Part shown: piece by piece, positions 57,967 to 64,000 of the stretch
Position numbering within the stretch: the stretch's first letter is position 1
How the letters are laid out: each line of letters begins with the position of its first letter
NCBI GenBank assembly: GCA_036785375.1
Contig: JAWMAR010000508.1
Coordinates: 992,001-1,056,000, forward strand
DNA from: Leucoraja ocellata
Lineage: Eukaryota
Reading direction: 5' to 3'
DNA length: 64,000 nt
Translations under genes and position numbers: made by a program
Notes under the pieces: model-generated
The model's database searches: none
Told to the model about the DNA's origin: nothing
The model's input: the letters and a program-made list of their open reading frames with translations, nothing else

Positions 57967-60900
57967 CTACAAACAGATAAAATTCAGCAATCAGTTTTGT
58001 GGCACTTCCATGATTAACAATGTTACAAAATTTTGAGATTTATAAAATCAAGTCTGTAATTTATCCCATCAGATAAAGCATACAAAGATGTTTAATTTGA
58101 CACCTAATTCACTTTCATATCTCAAGTATTTAAACAGTTATGACCATTTTCATACTCGGAAATTAGCATCTTGTTCCCTATTGATTTTCTATGGACATAA
58201 CAAAAAAGCTGTGATCGCGTGCTGTCAAAAGGCCATAACCTTCTTAAAAATTAAGAGAACTGAATGAATTTTTCAGTTATCGTAGATTGAAGCATTCTGA
58301 AACAAATATAAAATAATCTTACTTGGATGACCTGAAATTAAAACATATAATTAGTTAGTTACCCAAGTGTAGCAAATTTCAAACTTCAATTACTAGATCT
58401 AAACATCTATCCATTTCTTAATAAATGATTAACATTTTTAAATAGCCCAAGTGTCCAAATAATATTCATAAATAATTCACAATAAAATATGATTTTGAAA
58501 TCTCATTTACATTAATTTATAGGCCAAATGGAAGGAATTTAGTGTTCAATTGCTGCAAATTAAAGTCCATTTAAATCAGCTTTCTAGTGGGTTCCTGTGG
58601 AACGCGCTGGTTTAGAACGTTCACATTGCGCTGGATTTGTGCCTCAAATGCCCAGAAAAACACTGCGGGATATAAAGAGCCCAAAATGACCTACTCGCTA
58701 TAGAAAACTTTGTATAAAGGGTATTTAAGAAGCCCCTTTTTAATGTAAAAATAAGGTACATACCTTTAATTGTTTGCTTTATAAAACCCTGGGGCTGCGA
58801 GAGGTCGCGGGTTTAGAGAGTGATTTTTAAACTACTATAACTATTATACAAGGCCATAAAAACTAATAATACCTTTTGCGACGGGGTATTTCAGCGATTT
58901 TCGTTAATGATTTACTAGGCTGAATATTTTCGATTGGAACAGCCTAGTAGAAATCCGCTTTTAAACCCGCCCCCTCTAAACAGCGCCAAAATCACACACA
59001 CGGGCTGGGGCAGATTCTCAATGACGCTTCAGTTAGTTTTGTAACATACCTACACAATAGTCTATGTTTAGGGAAATGAGAGATAGACAATGGTGTAGAG
59101 AGATAAAGAACAATGAATGAATGATGTGCAAAAAAAGTAACCATGATAAAGGAAACAGGCCATTGTTCGCTGTTTGTTGGATGAGAACGAGAAGCTGGTG
59201 CGACTTGGGCGGGGGAGAGATTGAGAGATGGTGGCCGACTAGGAAAGAGTGAGATGCAGCGAGAACTGGGTGTCATGGTACACCAGTCATTGAAGGTAGG
59301 CATGCAGGTGCAGCAGGCAGTGAAGAAAGCGAATGGTATGTTAGCTTTCATAGCAAAAGGATTTGAGTATAGGAGCAGGGAGGTTCTACTGCAGTTGTAC
59401 AGGGTCTTGGTGAGACCACACCTGGAGTATTGCGTACAGTTTTGGTCTCCAAATCTGAGGAAGGACATTATTGCCATAGAGGGAGTGCAGAGAAGGTTCA
59501 CCAGACTGATTCCTGGGATGTCAGGACTGTCTTATGAAGAAAGACTGGATAGACTTGGTTTATACGCTCTAGAATTTAGGAGATTGAGAGGGGATCTTAT
59601 AGAAACTTACACAATTCTTAAGGGGTTGGACAGGCTAGATGCAGGAAGATTGCTCCCGATGTTGGGGAAGTCCAGGACAAGGGGTCACAGCTTAAGGATA
59701 AGGGGGAATCCTTTAAAACCGAGATGAGAAGAACTTTTTTCACACAGAGAGTGGTGAATCTCTGGAACTCTCTGCCACAGAGGGTAGTCGAGGCCACAGT
59801 TCATTGGCTATATTTAAGAGGGAGTTAGATGTGGCCCTTGTGGCTAAGGGGATCAGGGGGTATGGAGAGAAGGCAGGTACGGGATACTGAGTTGGATGAT
59901 CAGCCATGATCATATTGAATGGCGGTGCAGGCACGAAGGGCCAACTGGCCTACTCCTGCACCTAATTTCTATTTTCTATGTTTCTATGAAACGTCACCCT
60001 ATTTCTACTCTCCAGAGATGCTGCCTGTCCCGCTGAGTTACTCCAGCTTTTTTGTGACTCTCTTCAGTTTAAACCAGCACCTGCAGTTCCTTCCTTCACA
60101 TTGTGGCTGCTGCACTGCGAAATCTCCTCAAGGCATGTCTACTTTGAAGAAAATCTCCTCTTTCTGACAAGAGAGAGTCGTAGGGTGATAGTGTGGAAAC
60201 AGGCCCTTAGGCCTAACTTGCCCACGCCGGCCAACATGTCCCAGATACACTAGTGCCACCTGCCCACATTGGCCCATATCCTACCAAACTTGTCGTATCC
60301 ATATACCTGTCTAACTGTTTCTTAAACGTTGGGATAACTCCCTGACTTAACTACCTCCTCTGGCAGCTCATTCCATACACCAACTTCCCTTTGTGTGAAC
60401 AAGTCACCCCTCAGGTTCCTATTAAATATTTTCCCTTCACCTTGAACTTATGTCTTATAGAAACTTACAAAATTCTTAAGGAGTTGGACAGGCTAGATGC
60501 AGGAAGATTGTTCCCGATGTTGGGGAAGGTCCAGGACAAGGGGTCACAACTTAAGGATAAGGGGGAAATCCTTTAAAACCGAGATGAGAAGAACTTTTTC
60601 ACACAGAGAGTGGTGAATCTCTGGAACTCTCTGCCACAGAGGGTAGTCGAGGCCACAGTTCATTGGCTATATTTAAGAGGGAGTTAGATGTGGCCCTTGT
60701 GGCTAAGGGGATCAGGGGGTATGGAGAGAAGGCAGGTACGGGATACTGAGTTGGATGATCAGCCATGATCATATTGAATGGCGGTGCAGGCACGAAGGGC
60801 CAAATGGCCTACTCCTGCACCTAATTTCTATGTTTCTATGTTTCTATGAAACGTCACCCTATTTCTACTCTCCAGAGATGCTGCCTGTCCCGCTGAGTTA

Positions 60901-61520
60901 CTCCAGCTTTTGTGTGACTCTCTTCAGTTTAAACCAGCACCTGCAGTTCCTTCCTACACATTGTGGCTGCTGCACTGCGAAATCTCCTCAAGGCATGTCT
61001 ACTTTGAAGAAAATCTCCTCTTTCTGACAAGAGAGAGTCGTAGGGTGATAGTGTGGAAACAGGCCCTTAGGCCTAACTTGCCCACACCGGCCAACATGTC
61101 CCAGATACACTAGTGCCACCTGCCCACATTGGCCCATATCCTACCAAACTTGTCGTATCCATATACCTGTCTAACTGTTTCTTAAACGTTGGGATAACTC
61201 CCTGACTTAACTACCTCCTCTGGCAGCTCATTCCATACACCAACTTCCCTTTGTGTGAACAAGTCACCCCTCAGGTTCATATTAAATATTTTCCCTTCAC
61301 CTTGAACTTATGTCTTATAGAAACTTACAAAATTCTTAAGGAGTTGGACAGGCTAGATGCAGGAAGATTGTTCCCGATGTTGGGGAAGTCCAGGACAAGG
61401 GGTGAAGAAAGCGAATGGTATGTTAGCTTTCATAGCAAAAGGATTTCAGTATAGGAGCAGGGAGGCTCTACTGCAGTTGTACAGGGTCTTGGTGAGACCA
61501 CACCTGGAGTATTGCGTACA

Positions 61521-62672
61521 ATTAGATAGATAGATCCTTTATTGTCATTCAGACCTTACGGTCTGAACGAAACTATGTTGCCTGCAGTCATACACAGAAT
61601 CAATAATAACAAAACATACAATAAACACCAATTAAACATCCACCACAGTGAGTTCACCAAGCACATCCTCACTGTGATGGAGGCAAAGTCTTAGTTTCCA
61701 TCTCTTCCCTCCTTGTTCTCCCTCTGCGCTGAGGCGATCGATCCAGGCCGGAGATGCCGCTCTCCAGTCCAGCGGACCTCCGTGGTGATGTCGCCGCTGC
61801 CGATAGCCGGAACGCCATCCCCGCTCCGAGACGGCCCGCCACAGCATCAGCTCCGGGCCGCCGCCCCAGCTCCAGGTCGATGCCCCAGCTCCAGATCCGG
61901 CAGTCTCCGCACCGGGCCGCTGCCCCAGCTCCAGGTCGATGCCCCAGCTCCAGGTCGCCGCCCCAGCTCCAGATCCTGCAGTCTCCGCACCGGGCCGCTG
62001 CCCCAGCTCCAGGTCGATGCCCCAGCTCCAGGTCGCTGCCCCAGCTCCAGATCCGGCAGTCTCCGCACCGGGCCGCTGCCCCAGCTCCAGGTCGATGCCC
62101 CAGCTCCAGGTCGCCGCCCCCAGCTCCAGATCCTGCAGTCTCCGCACCGGGCCGCTGCCCCAGCTCCAGGTCGATGCCCCAGCTCCAGGTCGCTGCCCCA
62201 GCTCCAGGCCGCCGCGCCAGCTTCTGGTCCCGCAGTCGCTGCTCCAGGTCCCGCCGTCTCCGCTCTGGGCCGCTGCCCCAGCTCCAGATCCTGCAGTCTC
62301 CGCTCTGGGCCGCTGCCCCAGCTCCGGGCCGCTGCCCCAGCTCCGGGCCCCGCTGCATCAGCCCCAGGCCGCCGCCGAAAGTCAGAACGCCGCACCAGCA
62401 AGTCGGGCCACCGCTGCTCAGCCCCGAAGACGGCCAGCCTCTCGTTGGTAAGTCCTGGCTGGCTCTGCCTCCGGAGCCTCGGGGTCGGTCACAGGCTGGA
62501 GGCCGCCAGCTCCGCCATTAGGCCTCAGCGCAGACGGAGGCAGAGAAGGGGGATACGACATGAAAAAGTCGCATTCCCCCGAAGGAAGAGACAGAGAACA
62601 TGTTCCACCCCCTCTAACACAACCCAACAAACTAAAACTTAACCAAAACAAGACAAAAAAAACAACAGAAAA
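61521..62672 (-). mobile_element. GC-rich non-autonomous retroposon, specific to paralog C, inserted in a CR1
   Basis: Splits gcgtaca|ttttggtgtccaaat, which is contiguous in A at about 15198. The minus-strand 3' end is aatgacaataaaggatctatctatcta. It contains a minisatellite at 61835-62370. Confidence 0.75.
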
Positions 62673-63249
62673 TTTTGGTGTCCAAATCTGAGGAAGGACA
62701 TTATTGCCATAGAGGGAGTGCAGAGAAGGTTCACCAGACTGATTCCTGGGATGTCAGGACTGTCTTATGAAGAAAGATTGGGTAGACTTGGTTTATACTC
62801 TCTAGAATTTAGGAGATTGAGAGGGGATCTTATAGAAACTTACAAAATTCTTAAGGGGTTGGACAGGCTAGATGCAGGAAGATTGCTCCCGATGATGGGG
62901 AAGTCCAGGACAAGGGGTCACAGCTTAAGGATAAGGGGGAAATCCTTTAAAACCGAGATGAGAAGAACTTGTTTCACACAGAGAGTGGTGAATCTCTGGA
63001 ACTCTCTGCCACAGAGGGTAGTTGAGGCCACAGTTCATTGGCTATATTTAAGAGGGAGTTAGATGTGGCCCTTGTGGCTAAGGGGATCAGAGGGTATGGA
63101 GAGAAGGCAGGTACGGGATACTGAGTTGGATGATCAGCCATGATCATATTGAATGGCGGTGCAGGCTCGAAGGGCCGAATGGCCTCTACTCATGCACCTA
63201 ATTTCTATGTTTCTATGTTTCTAGGACATGTCAGTGTGTGTCTACTCAC

Positions 63250-63531
63250 ATTCTACAGTGAGGGTCCCATTCCTCTCTGCTGTCCCGTGTTCATTCTCTG
63301 CCACACACTGATAGACCCCAGCGTCCTGCCATGTCAGCTGAGAGAACTCCATCCACAGTTCGTTGTTGGAACGTGTTGTGTTCAGCGTGGCACCGAGATG
63401 TCTCCACGTCAGGTTAGATGTTGGGAAACTGTGGACGGAGCAGAGGATCGCTGGAGAGTTTCCTTCCTTTATACTGACCCAGGAACTGTTCACGTCATCG
63501 GGGGAAGTGATTGATAGATTCTGGGGGGCGT
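63250..63531 (-). CDS. Siglec-like paralog C, Ig domain 3 exon
   Basis: 282-nt intact exon nearly identical to domain 3 of A and B. Its upstream exons lie beyond the window. Confidence 0.88.
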
Positions 63532-64000
63532 CTACAAACAGATAAAATTCAGCAATCAGTTTTGTGGCACTTACATAGAAACATAGAAATTAGGTGCAGG
63601 AGTATGCCGTTCGGCCCTTCGAGCCTGCACCGCCATTCAATATGAACATGGCTGATCATCCAACTCAGTATCCAGTACCTGCCTTCTCTCCATACCCCCT
63701 GATCCCCTTAGCCACAAGGGCCACATCTAACTCCCTCTTAAATATAGCCAATGAACTGTGGCCTCGACTACCCTCTGCGGCAGAGAGTTCCAGAGATTCA
63801 CCACTCTCTGTGTGAAAAAACGTTCTTCTCATCTCGGTTTTAAAGGATTTCCCCCTTATTCTTAAGCTGTGACCCCTTGTCCTGGACTTCCCCAACATCG
63901 GGAGCAATCTTCCTGCATCTAGCCTGTCCAACCCCTTAAGAATTTTGTAAGTTTCTATAAGATCCCCTCTCAATTACCTAAATTCTAGAGAGTATAAACC

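Larger units (their letters stand above)
44842..64000. repeat. Segmental duplication of 1-16526
   Basis: Same order of DIRS, CR1, Rex1, Tc1, SINE, small exon, TM, Ig4 and Ig3, with scattered substitutions and several copy-specific insertions. Confidence 0.92.

Overview
Repeat-dense vertebrate genomic DNA, most likely from a cartilaginous fish (skate/ray). This is inferred from the dominance of CR1 LINEs, HE1/V-SINE-like SINEs, and Rex1/Babar, Tx1, DIRS and Tc1 remnants. Nearly all of the ORF track is retroelement fragments or minisatellite read-through. Between the repeats, on the minus strand, is a tandem cluster of Siglec-type (sialic acid-binding Ig-like lectin) receptor genes that can be rebuilt exon by exon from GT/AG sites, all in phase 1. 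One signal-peptide exon (39469-39508) precedes two consecutive V-C2-Ig-Ig-TM cassettes, B (37705-28264) and A (21712-10201). These come from an intragenic tandem duplication of about 15.7 kb with a junction at 23100/23101. The 3' half of a third paralog, C (63531-56444), lies in a larger segmental duplication (1-16526 matches 44842-64000). The V-set domain has the Siglec hallmarks, including the essential F-strand Arg (YFFR). In A and B a TGA ends the protein 3 residues after the membrane-proximal CC (CCRNK*/CCSYK*), so no ITIM is encoded. As assembled, B has a frameshift and C has a nonsense codon and a frameshift; some of these lesions may be sequencing errors. Leader plus cassette A gives an intact 458-aa type I membrane protein.
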